From Bacilli bacterium (lineage in GTDB: Bacteria; Bacillota_I; Bacilli_A; RF39; UBA660): DNA of 59,855 nt. The DNA lies in NCBI GenBank assembly GCA_007117695.1, contig SKFZ01000011.1, positions 1-59,855 on the forward strand, in the 5' to 3' direction. Each line of letters opens with the position of its first letter. The first letter of the stretch is position 1. The translations under genes and the position numbers were made by a program. The notes beneath the pieces were generated by a model. That model did not search any database. It had not been told where the DNA came from and saw only the letters and a list, made by a program, of their open reading frames with translations. Positions 11,704-21,454 of this stretch are shown in pieces.

Positions 11704-12390
11704 TTATTTGTCAAAGGTTACTTTGATTCCTGGACCCATAGTTGATGAAATATATGCGCTTTTTATGTACTCGCCTTTAGCAGTACTTGGTTTAGATTTT
11801 ATAATCATATCAACAAATGAATTTAAATTTTCAACTAATTTAGATTCATCGAATGAAACTTTACCAATAATAACATGAACATTTCCATAATTATCAGTTC
11901 TGTATTCAACGCGTCCTTTTTTAATGTCATTAACTGCTTTTTCAACATCAGTTGTAACAGTTCCAGTTTTAGGGTTTGGCATTAATCCTTTCGGGCCTAA
12001 TACTTTACCTATCTTACCTAACAACGGCATCATATCTGGTGTTGCAACGATAACATCGAAGTCAAACCAATTTTCAGATGATATTTTTTCGATCATATCA
12101 GCATCACCAACATAGTCAGCACCTGCTGCTTCTGCTGCTTTAGCTTGTTCTCCTTTTGCTAAAACTAAAACTTTTTTAGTTTTACCAGTACCATGAGGTA
12201 ACACTATCGCTCCTCTTAATTGTTGATCAGCTTTTTTAACATCAAGATTAAGTCTAACAACAAATTCAACTGATTCATCAAACTTAGCACTAGAAAGTTC
12301 TTTAACTAACTTTAATGCTTCTTCTTTTGAATAAACTTTTTTCTTATCAAACTTTTCTAACATTTCAACATTTCTTTTTGTCTTTTTCAT
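11704..12390 (-). CDS. rplA: 50S ribosomal protein L1
   Basis: [24 protein letters not shown] motifs; start at ATG 12390 after AGGAGG. Confidence 0.99.
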   Translation of the reverse strand: MKKTKRNVEMLEKFDKKKVYSKEEALKLVKELSSAKFDESVEFVVRLNLDVKKADQQLRGAIVLPHGTGKTKKVLVLAKGEQAKAAEAAGADYVGDADMIEKISSENWFDFDVIVATPDMMPLLGKIGKVLGPKGLMPNPKTGTVTTDVEKAVNDIKKGRVEYRTDNYGNVHVIIGKVSFDESKLVENLNSFVDMIIKSKPSTAKGEYIKSAYISSTMGPGIKVTFDK

Positions 12391-12401
12391 AATTTCCTCC
12401 T

Positions 12402-12433
12402 TATGTGGTATATGCGGATTTTCCTCCCACATA
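12402..12433 (-). promoter_or_regulatory. L1-binding leader upstream of rplA
   Basis: Minus strand TATGTGGGAGG-AAAA-TCCGCATATACCACATA, the GTGGGAG...ACCAC rRNA-mimic pattern next to the RBS. Confidence 0.8.
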
Positions 12434-12458
12434 GGCATAACCTATATGTGTATTATAA

Positions 12459-13073
12459 TTAATTTTCTTCTTTTGTTTCTTCTGAATCTTCATTAGTTTC
12501 TGAATCTTCTTCAGATTGTTCAGTAACTTCTGGTTCAGAAATGTTTTGAGCTTCTTCTTCCATTTTTTCAAGCTCAGCTTCTCTTTTAGCAAGTTCAAGT
12601 TCTTGTTGTTTAGCTTCTTCACCTTGCTCTGCAAGTTCTGCATCATTAACACCTTTAATAGCAACACCCATATTTCTAGCTGTTCCTTCGATTTCTTTTT
12701 TAGCTGCCTCTAAATCATAAGAATTTAAATCTTGTAACTTAATTTCTGCTATTTCCTCTAAATCTTTTACTGTTAAAGTTGCAACAACCTCATTTGCACC
12801 TTTTGATGAAGCCTTATCAATTTTTGCATATTTTTTAATTAAAAATGCTGCTGGTGGAGTTTTAACTACAAAATCAAAACTACGATCTTCATAAATCGAA
12901 ATTTCAACTGGCAGAGTATCCCCCATCTTTTCTTTAGTTTCATCATTAAATCTTGAACAAAACTCTCCTAAATTTATACCTGTAGGTCCTAAAATTGTAC
13001 CAACTGGTGGGGCTGCTGTTGCTTGCCCTGCTTTAATTTGAAGTTTTACTTTTTTACTAACGTTTTTTGCCAC
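12459..13073 (-). CDS. rplK: 50S ribosomal protein L11 with long acidic C-terminal extension
   Basis: APPVGTILG, KTPPA, GTARNMG motifs; GTG start after AGGAGG; 204 aa. Confidence 0.97.
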   Translation of the reverse strand: MAKNVSKKVKLQIKAGQATAAPPVGTILGPTGINLGEFCSRFNDETKEKMGDTLPVEISIYEDRSFDFVVKTPPAAFLIKKYAKIDKASSKGANEVVATLTVKDLEEIAEIKLQDLNSYDLEAAKKEIEGTARNMGVAIKGVNDAELAEQGEEAKQQELELAKREAELEKMEEEAQNISEPEVTEQSEEDSETNEDSEETKEEN

Positions 13074-13103
13074 GAAAACACCTCCTAAATTTAATTTTTT
13101 CGC

Positions 13104-13140
13104 GTGTGGTCCTAATAGCTTTTAATCCGCGCCTCCCACT
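13104..13140 (-). promoter_or_regulatory. Second L1-binding leader upstream of rplK
   Basis: Minus strand GTGGGAGGCGCGG...GGACCAC. Confidence 0.65.
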
Positions 13141-13202
13141 TTTTTCTATATCAAACAATAATATAGCCACTTAATAATAACATATCTTTTTTGAAAAAAC
13201 AA

Positions 13203-13736
13203 CTAAACTTTTTCAATTTCAGTAATATCAACATCAACAGTAGTAACTTGTCCAAATAGATCTACATCTATTTCCAATTTACTGTTTTCTTTATCTACTT
13301 TTTTAACAGTTCCAACCATGTCTTTAAATGGTCCATCAATAATCCTAACTTTATCTTCTACATTAAGATTACCGCCAATTTCTACTCTTCTCATTCCCAT
13401 AGAGTTAAGTATTTTATCCACTTCTTGCGGAGTTAATGGAAAAGGTTTAGCACCTTTACCAGAAGATCCTAAAAGGCCTGTTACACCAGGAGTATTTCTA
13501 ACTTTAAACCATACATCATCAGTTAAAATCATTTCTATTAAAATATACCCTGGAAACATTTTTTTCTTTTTCTCTTTTACTTCTCCATTTTTATTTTCTA
13601 CTTCTGTTTGTTCTGGAACAACTACTCTAAATATATGGTCCTCAAGTCCATATGACTTAATTATCATTTCTAGTTTTTCTTTAACCTTATTCTCATGCCC
13701 AGAATAAGTATTAACTACATACCATTCTTTTTGCAT
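13203..13736 (-). CDS. nusG: Transcription factor NusG
   Basis: WYVVNTYSGHENKVK, FPGYIL, VRNTPGVTG and KOW motif. Confidence 0.99.
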   Translation of the reverse strand: MQKEWYVVNTYSGHENKVKEKLEMIIKSYGLEDHIFRVVVPEQTEVENKNGEVKEKKKKMFPGYILIEMILTDDVWFKVRNTPGVTGLLGSSGKGAKPFPLTPQEVDKILNSMGMRRVEIGGNLNVEDKVRIIDGPFKDMVGTVKKVDKENSKLEIDVDLFGQVTTVDVDITEIEKV

Positions 13737-13915
13737 TAGTTAACCACCTGTTTTAAAAAGGCTATAATTACATCTAGTGCTAGAAAATAAACTGAAAATA
13801 ACATAATCAAACCAATTACTGCAATAGAGTATTTTGCCATAGTTTTTTTTGTTGGGAAACTTACTTTTGACATTTCTTTTCTTACTTCTTTTAAAAAGTC
13901 TTTGATTTTCTTCAT
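13736..13915 (-). CDS. secE: Preprotein translocase SecE (59 aa, absent from ORF track)
   Basis: Manual translation MKKIKDFLKEVRKEMSKVSFPTKKTMAKYSIAVIGLIMLFSVYFLALDVIIAFLKQVVN*; TAATG overlap with nusG. Confidence 0.95.
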   Translation of the reverse strand: MKKIKDFLKEVRKEMSKVSFPTKKTMAKYSIAVIGLIMLFSVYFLALDVIIAFLKQVVN

Positions 13916-14015
13916 TCTTTCACCTACTTATAAAATTTGTGTTTTTTTCAAAATAAAAAACACTTTCGTGCATGTCTACATAAATAGTAGCACGACTGTG
14001 TCTTAAAGTCAATAT

Positions 14016-14870
14016 TTAAAACTTAATATGTGATAATTCTTCTTCTTTAGACCTTTTATAACTAGAAGCATTAATAGCAATACCAAAAACTAATATGTAA
14101 GCTAGTATATAGACCCAAATCATTAATACTATGATGTTTGATAAACTTCCGTAAAACAAACCATAATTTGCAAAGTTACTAACGTATGATGAATAAAGAC
14201 CTGTTACAACACTCCAGCAAACAGTTGTGAAAATTGCTCCTTTATTAACATGCTTGCTTGGAATAGGATAATCTGGAGCAATTGTATATATTATTTTTAT
14301 TATAATGAATATAAATAACAATGATACTGGCCATTGGAATAAAATGAATAACAAGTAAAGTTCATCACTTATAATAGAAAATAAATTAAAATCTAAAATA
14401 AACTTTAAAATCATCGAACCAAATGCAACAACAAAAACTATAAATGAAAACAATGACACTAAAAGAACGGTCATAAAAATTGCCTTTGTTCTTCTTTTGA
14501 TTAAATTTTTCCCTTCCAATTCATACATCGCATTTGAAGCAACTATAATAGAATGCGGTCCATTGGATGCAACGAAAAATCCCATTATCATAAAAAATAT
14601 TATATTTAAGTTAATCCTTGGTGTTCTAAAGTTTTCCACTAATAAAAGCCTAACTTCTTCTGGAACAGTATCTCCTACTAAACTTGCTATCGCATCTAAA
14701 TTAATTGGGACAATGGTCAGCAAAAAACCTAGTAATGTTATGGTTGGTATTAATGATAAAAAAAGGAAATAAGCAAGTTGACCTGGCAATATTTTCATTT
14801 CCCTTTTTTTAGATATTTTTTTAATTTTTTGAAAGATATCTTTAATTCTTTCTAAATCAATTTTTTTCAT
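14016..14870 (-). CDS. YihY/BrkB family membrane protein
   Basis: LAYFLFLSLIP and YGSLSNIIVLMIWVY motifs; multiple TM helices. Confidence 0.88.
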   Translation of the reverse strand: MKKIDLERIKDIFQKIKKISKKREMKILPGQLAYFLFLSLIPTITLLGFLLTIVPINLDAIASLVGDTVPEEVRLLLVENFRTPRINLNIIFFMIMGFFVASNGPHSIIVASNAMYELEGKNLIKRRTKAIFMTVLLVSLFSFIVFVVAFGSMILKFILDFNLFSIISDELYLLFILFQWPVSLLFIFIIIKIIYTIAPDYPIPSKHVNKGAIFTTVCWSVVTGLYSSYVSNFANYGLFYGSLSNIIVLMIWVYILAYILVFGIAINASSYKRSKEEELSHIKF

Positions 14871-14879
14871 AAATACCTC

Positions 14880-16955
14880 TTAATTATTTAATTCTTCTTT
14901 TTCCTTTTTCATATCAAGTGTAGCTTCATTTATAGCATCATCAATAGTTTTTATACCATTTTCAATCATACTATAACCTACTGCAGCACCAAAGTTATGA
15001 GAAATATTTTTTAACTCTTTTTGAATTTTCTTAACATATGATGATACTTGCTTATCTTCATGGCCTACCATGTAAACTAAAAATTCATTTCCATCTGTTC
15101 TTACAATTTCACTATTTTCCACTTGCGTTGTAATTAAAACATTCGCCGCCTCTTTAATGATTTTATCACCTTCTTGATGACCATAATTATCATTAACATA
15201 AGCCAAGTTATTTAAATCTATTATCACAATCGACTGTGGATAAACTTCTGACTCATCCCATGCTTCAACATTTTCAGATAAGTAATTTCTATTTTTAAGT
15301 GATGTCAACATATCAATATACTTTAACTTATCCCCTTTATTAATAGTCTTTTTCTTAGAACTACTCATTTCTCTTATTTTAGCATTTATAAAATAACCAA
15401 TAATTGAAAGGAGCAATAAATATCCTAAATAATTAAAAACTACGACTACATAATTTGGTGTTTCTATTGCAATTAAATCTGACATAACCCCTGATTTGTA
15501 GCTATTAATATTTGTTCCATCTACATAAAATGATAAAAATTCATTAAAAACTTCATTATCACTAATATCTCTAAAAACATAATTATTATTAGAACTAGAA
15601 CTTCCGACATATAATACGTCATATAAATTTAATTCGTTTTTATTTAAGTAATTAAAAGTATTATAATCTAAGGCTAAAACACTTTCACTATCTAAGTTAG
15701 AAAGCAGATCAGATACAGTATCAAAACTAGTAACTGAAATATCTGAATTATTTAAATATTCATAAACACTTGTATCAGAAATAGAAAGCACTTCATGTCC
15801 ATTTAACGAATTAATATTACTAATCGTATAATCATTTGAAATCTCGCTTACTAAAACAAATTTATCCTCAAACAACTTTGAAGATCTAACCACATCTAAA
15901 TTATAATCCACTTCTTTCAAATTATCATAATAAAAATCTATTTCGTTTGCATTAAATGCATTAATAATTTGTTCATTATTTTCAAAAACTCTAAACTCAA
16001 CTTCAACGTCTGCTAAACTTCTAAAACTGCTTATCAAGTTATAGTGAAAACCTCTATATATTTCAAAAGGCTGAGTCTCAAAATAAAATTGATTTTCTAA
16101 AACACCAATAATATACCTTTTACTTCTAAAATCCGCTCTTTCTTGACTACCGATATCTTTAAATAAAAAGTAGTCACTTGAATAGTTTATGTTAAAAGAG
16201 TTAATGAAGTTTTGACTTCTCCAATTTTCAAAATACTTAGTTATTATATTATTCAAACGATCTTCTTCACCTAAAGTAATAACATAATCTTGGGTCATGT
16301 CATAAATTTTGTATGACACATCTAAATCATCATTAGACACTATTAACTCTAAACTATGGATAAAAGGTAAAATTATTGCATCAACCGTACTTTCCCCTTC
16401 ATCATCTTCATCTTCAAAACCACTATAAGCTTCTAACATTTCGTCTATTGTACCATAAGCACTAAAACTAATATTGCTTGCCCCTTTAAAGCTATCGTTA
16501 GCTTTAGACAAGTAATCATCTAAAACAGCAATTTCAATATCTTCTATTTCTTTAACATTATTAAAACTCCCTAAATTAGATAATAATACAAAGTGATCTT
16601 GATAAACTAATATATCATCATCACTTTTGTTGTTAACAACTTTAAATGAGTAGTCACTTTGAATATTTATTGATGACCTATGAGATGACTTGTTAAAATT
16701 TAGTGTCACTTCCTCTTCTAAATCGTTGAAAAAATCAAACATAACACCCTGGCCATCTCTACTAAATACTGGAACATTGTTTAAAATTCCAAAATCAAAA
16801 ACACGACTTCTATTACTTTCTACCCACTGTCTTTCAACAAGAGTTAAACTGGTATCAGAGTCTTCTCTAAACATAATTGTATATATAGCCAGTGCTGCTA
16901 GTATTAAAAATGCAATACTGGATATAATTATTATTTTTTTATTTTTTTTCTTCAT
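14880..16955 (-). CDS. Membrane sensor with extracellular solute-binding-like domains and degenerate GGDEF domain
   Basis: Two TM segments; C-terminal DMLTSLKNRN, IDLNNLAYVNDNYGHQEGD, RTDGNEF. Confidence 0.85.
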   Translation of the reverse strand: MKKKNKKIIIISSIAFLILAALAIYTIMFREDSDTSLTLVERQWVESNRSRVFDFGILNNVPVFSRDGQGVMFDFFNDLEEEVTLNFNKSSHRSSINIQSDYSFKVVNNKSDDDILVYQDHFVLLSNLGSFNNVKEIEDIEIAVLDDYLSKANDSFKGASNISFSAYGTIDEMLEAYSGFEDEDDEGESTVDAIILPFIHSLELIVSNDDLDVSYKIYDMTQDYVITLGEEDRLNNIITKYFENWRSQNFINSFNINYSSDYFLFKDIGSQERADFRSKRYIIGVLENQFYFETQPFEIYRGFHYNLISSFRSLADVEVEFRVFENNEQIINAFNANEIDFYYDNLKEVDYNLDVVRSSKLFEDKFVLVSEISNDYTISNINSLNGHEVLSISDTSVYEYLNNSDISVTSFDTVSDLLSNLDSESVLALDYNTFNYLNKNELNLYDVLYVGSSSSNNNYVFRDISDNEVFNEFLSFYVDGTNINSYKSGVMSDLIAIETPNYVVVVFNYLGYLLLLSIIGYFINAKIREMSSSKKKTINKGDKLKYIDMLTSLKNRNYLSENVEAWDESEVYPQSIVIIDLNNLAYVNDNYGHQEGDKIIKEAANVLITTQVENSEIVRTDGNEFLVYMVGHEDKQVSSYVKKIQKELKNISHNFGAAVGYSMIENGIKTIDDAINEATLDMKKEKEELNN

Positions 16956-16965
16956 CTTTTATCAC

Positions 16966-17436
16966 CTATAATTCAATGTTATTAGTCCATATAAACTCAC
17001 TGCCTGTATGGTGCTTATAACCTATTGCTGGAAAATTTTCGTTTTCAGCATCCTCACTTTTTAAAAATAATTGTATATCATAAAAATTTAAAACTTCTTC
17101 GTCTTCAGCAAAGAATTCTAATAATTCATCTGCAAATAAAACTGCATCAGAAATGATTGTTTCGTCTGAAAATGAAACTGTAATATTTATAATTCTTCCA
17201 TAAATATTAGTATTAAAAGAAAGTATTTCTTCTTTTTCTAAAACTTCCTCTTTAAAATCGTCTAAATAAGTAGTGTCAATCCTAACATTTTCTATGCCGT
17301 CTAACCTACTTCCGTATCTACTTTGATTATTAGTATGATATATAAATACAAAGAAGACAAACAACACTATTGATAATAATATTAAGAATAGTGCAAGCAA
17401 TATCATTTGTAATTTATATTTTTTAATAAAATTCAT
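16966..17436 (-). CDS. Hypothetical single-TM membrane protein
   Basis: 156-aa ORF with RBS, N-terminal TM helix, acidic ectodomain. Confidence 0.75.
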   Translation of the reverse strand: MNFIKKYKLQMILLALFLILLSIVLFVFFVFIYHTNNQSRYGSRLDGIENVRIDTTYLDDFKEEVLEKEEILSFNTNIYGRIINITVSFSDETIISDAVLFADELLEFFAEDEEVLNFYDIQLFLKSEDAENENFPAIGYKHHTGSEFIWTNNIEL

Positions 17437-17486
17437 AATTCACCTCGACGTTTAAGATTATACTATATTAGTTTTTTTTTATCAAA

Positions 17487-18899
17487 TTATTGTTTTTTTA
17501 ACTCTTGACTCAACAATTTACTAGCAAGTCCAGGATTAACTTGCCCCTTAGTTTCTTTCATTACTTGTCCCATTAAATATTTAAAAGCTTTATCCTTACC
17601 ATCTTTATAATCTTTAATAGCACCTTCATTTTTGTTTAAAACTTCTTTTATTATTTTTAAAACCGAATCTTCATCGCTGATTTGCTTAATAGATAAGTCA
17701 TCCATAATTTTATTTATATCATCTACTTTTTCTAAAAAAACAGGAATAATATCTTTTACATGTTTCGAAGAAATAGTATTATTATCTACTAATTCAACTA
17801 TCTTCTCAAACCTTGATATATCAAAATTAGTTTTTTCTAAAGAAATACTTTTTTCATTTAAATAGCCTGAAACATCACCTGTTAAAATATTGCTTGCTTT
17901 AACAAAATTAACACAATCACCTAAATTTAACATTACAAATGCAAGCTCCTTATTTAATAAGAGTGCTTCAATGTTTTTAGGGTTAATACCCTTTTTGGAA
18001 AATAAAGTTTTCATTTCCTTCGGTAACATAGGCATTTTTTCTTTGATTTTATCGATCTCTTCATCTGTAATATGAACAAAAGGAATATCTGGTTCTGGAA
18101 AATACCTATAATCGTTATTTTTTTCTTTAACTCTCATAGAAATAGTTTTTTTGTTAACATCATCAAATCTTCTAGTTTCTTCTATAACAGTTCCATTGCT
18201 TTCTAAAATCTCTTGTTGTCTTTTTATTTCATATGATATAGCATTACCTACATTAGTAATAGACCCAATATTTTTTACTTCTACCTTGTTACCTAAAACT
18301 TCATCCTTGCTCAAAGAAACATTAGCATCACACCTTAGACTACCTTCTTCCATTTTAACGTCAGATATCCCAAGGTATAACAATATATTTCTTAATTCTT
18401 TTACATATTGCATCGCTTCTTTTTCACTTTTGATATCTGGCTTAGTAACAATTTCTACTAAAGGACATCCAGCTCTATTAAAATTTAAATAAGTAGAATC
18501 TCCCACATGCTTACTTTTAGCTGTGTCTTCCTCAATATGAATTCTCTCAATTCTTATTTTTTTTGTTTCACCAGAAACTTCAATTTCAACATAACCATCG
18601 AACCCTATTGGAGTTTTATTTTGGGTTATTTGATACCCTTTAGGAAGGTCTGGATAAAAATAATTTTTTCTATCAAAATGCATGACCTTATTTATATTAC
18701 AATTTAATGCAAGCGCTGCTGCTAGGGCCATATCAATAACATCTTTATTAAGTTTAGGTAATGTACCGGGCATTCCTAAGTCTCTTTCATTAACGAAAAT
18801 GTTTGGTGTATCACTATATGAATTTTTACTGTTTGAAAAAACTTTCAAATCACTAGTTAAAAAAGCATGAACTTCTATTCCAATAGTTGCTTTATACAT
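17487..18899 (-). CDS. gatB: Asp/Glu-tRNA amidotransferase subunit B
   Basis: IGIEVH, FDRKNYFYPDLPKGYQITQ, LRCDANVS, YRYFPEPD. Confidence 0.98.
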   Translation of the reverse strand: MYKATIGIEVHAFLTSDLKVFSNSKNSYSDTPNIFVNERDLGMPGTLPKLNKDVIDMALAAALALNCNINKVMHFDRKNYFYPDLPKGYQITQNKTPIGFDGYVEIEVSGETKKIRIERIHIEEDTAKSKHVGDSTYLNFNRAGCPLVEIVTKPDIKSEKEAMQYVKELRNILLYLGISDVKMEEGSLRCDANVSLSKDEVLGNKVEVKNIGSITNVGNAISYEIKRQQEILESNGTVIEETRRFDDVNKKTISMRVKEKNNDYRYFPEPDIPFVHITDEEIDKIKEKMPMLPKEMKTLFSKKGINPKNIEALLLNKELAFVMLNLGDCVNFVKASNILTGDVSGYLNEKSISLEKTNFDISRFEKIVELVDNNTISSKHVKDIIPVFLEKVDDINKIMDDLSIKQISDEDSVLKIIKEVLNKNEGAIKDYKDGKDKAFKYLMGQVMKETKGQVNPGLASKLLSQELKKQ

Positions 18900-20343
18900 T
18901 TGAATCACCCGCTAAATTGTTATTAATATTTAACTTTTTCTCAAGTTTATATGCAAAATTATATATAACATCTTCCTTATAACTGTTTGATATAATATGA
19001 AGTCCTACAGGAAGCTTTTCATCGTTAAAACCTACCGGCATTGACATGGCTGGAAGGCCGGCCATATTAGCTGGTATAGTTAGCAAGTCATCTGTAAAAC
19101 TAGTCAAATAATCTTTTTCATCACTATTTAAATCGTAAGCAACATTAGTGGAAGTAGGTCCTATAATTAAGTCATATTTTGATAAAACATTTTTTAAGCT
19201 TTTAGTTAATTCGCTTCTTACTTTAAGAGCTTTATCATAATATATGTGAGCATTCTTACCGCTCAAAACATATGAACCTATCATTAACCTTCTTTTTACT
19301 TCAACACCAAAACCTTCAGTTCTTGTATTTTTGTAAAGTTCATCTAAATTTTCAAATTTCTCTGAAATATAACCGTATCTTATACCATCAAATCTTGCTA
19401 AATTACTACTCGCCTCTGCTAAAGCAATAGTTTGATATAGGCACACTGAATAATCAAGATGTTTAACATCGACATAATCTACTTTTATCCCCATATTTTT
19501 CACAACATCGATTGTTTTTAAAATAATATTTTTAACTTCAACATCAACTTGCTCAGATAAATAAAAATTAGGCACGGCAACACTCATGTTTGAAACATCT
19601 TTGTCTATATTACTAATGAAGTCAGTAGGCAAATCAAAACTAGTCATGTCATTATCATCCTTACCAGAAATAGCACTTAAAATTAATGCATTATCATAAA
19701 CATTTTTGCTTATAGTTCCAATTTGATCTAAACTAGATGCAAAAGATATCAAACCATATCTTGAAACCCTTCCATAAGTAGGTTTCATACCAACTACACC
19801 ACAAAATGAAGAGGGTTGCCTAACTGATCCACCCGTGTCTGAGCCTAATGATAAAACCACTTCACTAGCCGAAACAGTCGCCGCACTTCCACTACTACTT
19901 CCACCTGGAACTTTATTTTTATTCCATGGGTTTAAAACACTTTTATAGTAACTTGTTTCACCTGTTGAGCCCATTGCAAATTCATCCATATTAGTTTTAC
20001 CAACAATTATCATGTTTTTTTCATTAATCATTTTGACAACTGTTGCATCATAAGTTGGAATAAAATTTTCTAACATTTTTGATGCTGCAGTAGTTTTCAA
20101 ATCTTTTGTAATAATATTGTCTTTTAAAGCAATAGGTATTCCAAATAATAAGTTATCTACTTCTTTATCTTCAATTTCTTTCGCTTTTTTTAAAGCTTGT
20201 TCTTTATTCAATGTAATATACGTATTTAAATTGTTTTTTTCAATCTTAAAAAAAGCCTCATTAACTAAATCTATCGGCTTAATTTTTTTGCTTTTTAAAA
20301 GCTCATTAATCGCTCTTATATCTAAATCTAAATAATTAGTCAT
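18892..20343 (-). CDS. gatA: Asp/Glu-tRNA amidotransferase subunit A
   Basis: Amidase signature PGGSSSGSA and SDTGGSVRQP; KTNMDEFAMG. Confidence 0.98.
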   Translation of the reverse strand: MTNYLDLDIRAINELLKSKKIKPIDLVNEAFFKIEKNNLNTYITLNKEQALKKAKEIEDKEVDNLLFGIPIALKDNIITKDLKTTAASKMLENFIPTYDATVVKMINEKNMIIVGKTNMDEFAMGSTGETSYYKSVLNPWNKNKVPGGSSSGSAATVSASEVVLSLGSDTGGSVRQPSSFCGVVGMKPTYGRVSRYGLISFASSLDQIGTISKNVYDNALILSAISGKDDNDMTSFDLPTDFISNIDKDVSNMSVAVPNFYLSEQVDVEVKNIILKTIDVVKNMGIKVDYVDVKHLDYSVCLYQTIALAEASSNLARFDGIRYGYISEKFENLDELYKNTRTEGFGVEVKRRLMIGSYVLSGKNAHIYYDKALKVRSELTKSLKNVLSKYDLIIGPTSTNVAYDLNSDEKDYLTSFTDDLLTIPANMAGLPAMSMPVGFNDEKLPVGLHIISNSYKEDVIYNFAYKLEKKLNINNNLAGDSNV

Positions 20344-20632
20344 TTATTACCTTCACAACCTTTATGTAATCTTCATCCTTAGATGAAGCATTTTTTAAAA
20401 CATTTTTCTTTAACATATTATTTTCTTCGAGTAGTTTTTCATATGTGTTAATGTTTTCACTAGGTGAAACCATTACTCTTGCATCAGCATCTATTTCTAA
20501 TTCAGTAATTTTATCAATCTCACTCATTATACCTGATAATTGTTCCTGATACATTTCTATGTTGCTATCACCAACGTTTAATTTAGCTAAATTAGCAACA
20601 TGCTCTACTTCCTTCTTTGTTAACTTCTCCAT
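20336..20632 (-). CDS. gatC: Asp/Glu-tRNA amidotransferase subunit C
   Basis: EVEHVANLAKL motif; directly upstream of gatA. Confidence 0.93.
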   Translation of the reverse strand: MEKLTKKEVEHVANLAKLNVGDSNIEMYQEQLSGIMSEIDKITELEIDADARVMVSPSENINTYEKLLEENNMLKKNVLKNASSKDEDYIKVVKVIND

Positions 20633-20643
20633 CCAATCACCTC

Positions 20644-20997
20644 TTAGTACTCTATTTCATATTTATGCGAACCATTAACATTAGTTATTATAACTCTTAA
20701 ATCTCCTGGAAATGGCTCGTCAGTTTTTGGGTTTATCAAATCTCTTCTAACATAATTACCTTGAACTAGTTGATCAAAGTAAACCTCATAACTATCACCA
20801 TGAAATCTAGGTAGTTCATTAACATGATCTGCTTCCCAGTTTTTAGTAGAATCAATAATAGTTCTCTTAGCACTTTCATATGCAACTTCATCACTTCTAG
20901 TTATAAACCTATCAACCGTAGGAACCACAATAAGTGCGACTATTCCTAAAATAACTATTACACCTAATAACTCGACTAATGAAAAACCTTTTTTCAT
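20644..20997 (-). CDS. Type IV pilin-like protein (ComGC-like core)
   Basis: Start re-placed at MKKG|FSLVELLGVIVILGIVALIVVP (class III signal peptide); QLVQGNY...INPKT. Confidence 0.9.
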   Translation of the reverse strand: MKKGFSLVELLGVIVILGIVALIVVPTVDRFITRSDEVAYESAKRTIIDSTKNWEADHVNELPRFHGDSYEVYFDQLVQGNYVRRDLINPKTDEPFPGDLRVIITNVNGSHKYEIEY

Positions 20998-21013
20998 AAT
21001 ATCACCTATTTTA

Positions 21014-21070
21014 ATTTTATCACTTATAGCAATTAAAGACAATAAAAAAGAAAGGTTACTCACCTTTCTT
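21014..21070 (-). promoter_or_regulatory. Compact terminator plus sigma-A promoter upstream of pilin/gatCAB
   Basis: AAGAAAGGT/ACCTTTCTT hairpin across the ytxH-like stop, T-run, then TTGTCT-17-TAAAAT with TG extension. Confidence 0.7.
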
Positions 21071-21454
21071 ATCTAGCCTTTTTAAAACATCATCTGCTAC
21101 AACAATAGTTTTTTGTAATACTGCTTCTGCTGCTTCTTCTAGCTTAGGTTGACCTTTTTCTTTAGCTGTTTCAACTAATTCTTTCGCCTTTTTTTCTAAT
21201 TCCTTAGATTTTTTCTTTGCTGTTTTTAAAACTTCTTCTTTATCCAAGTTTTCAATTTCTAACTTTAACTCGTCTACTTTTAAAACAAACTCATCTCTTA
21301 AAAGTTCAACATCAACTTCCATAGCCTGCTCTTTTAATTCTTCGATTTTATTCATCAAATCTTTTCTAGTTTCACTACCTTTTTTAGGTGCAAATAAAAC
21401 TCCTAGTGCTGCGCCAATTACTGCCCCAGCTACAAATTTACCTTTTTTCGCCAT
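21056..21454 (-). CDS. YtxH-domain protein
   Basis: FVAGAVIGAALGVLFAPKKGSETRKDL signature. Confidence 0.9.
   Translation of the reverse strand: MAKKGKFVAGAVIGAALGVLFAPKKGSETRKDLMNKIEELKEQAMEVDVELLRDEFVLKVDELKLEIENLDKEEVLKTAKKKSKELEKKAKELVETAKEKGQPKLEEAAEAVLQKTIVVADDVLKRLDKKGE

Noticed and set aside
12401-12667. Alternative-frame 88-aa Lys/Gln/Leu-rich ORF over the L11 tail
   Set aside because: Frame-shifted reading of the GAA-rich tail; no RBS; L11 frame is continuous
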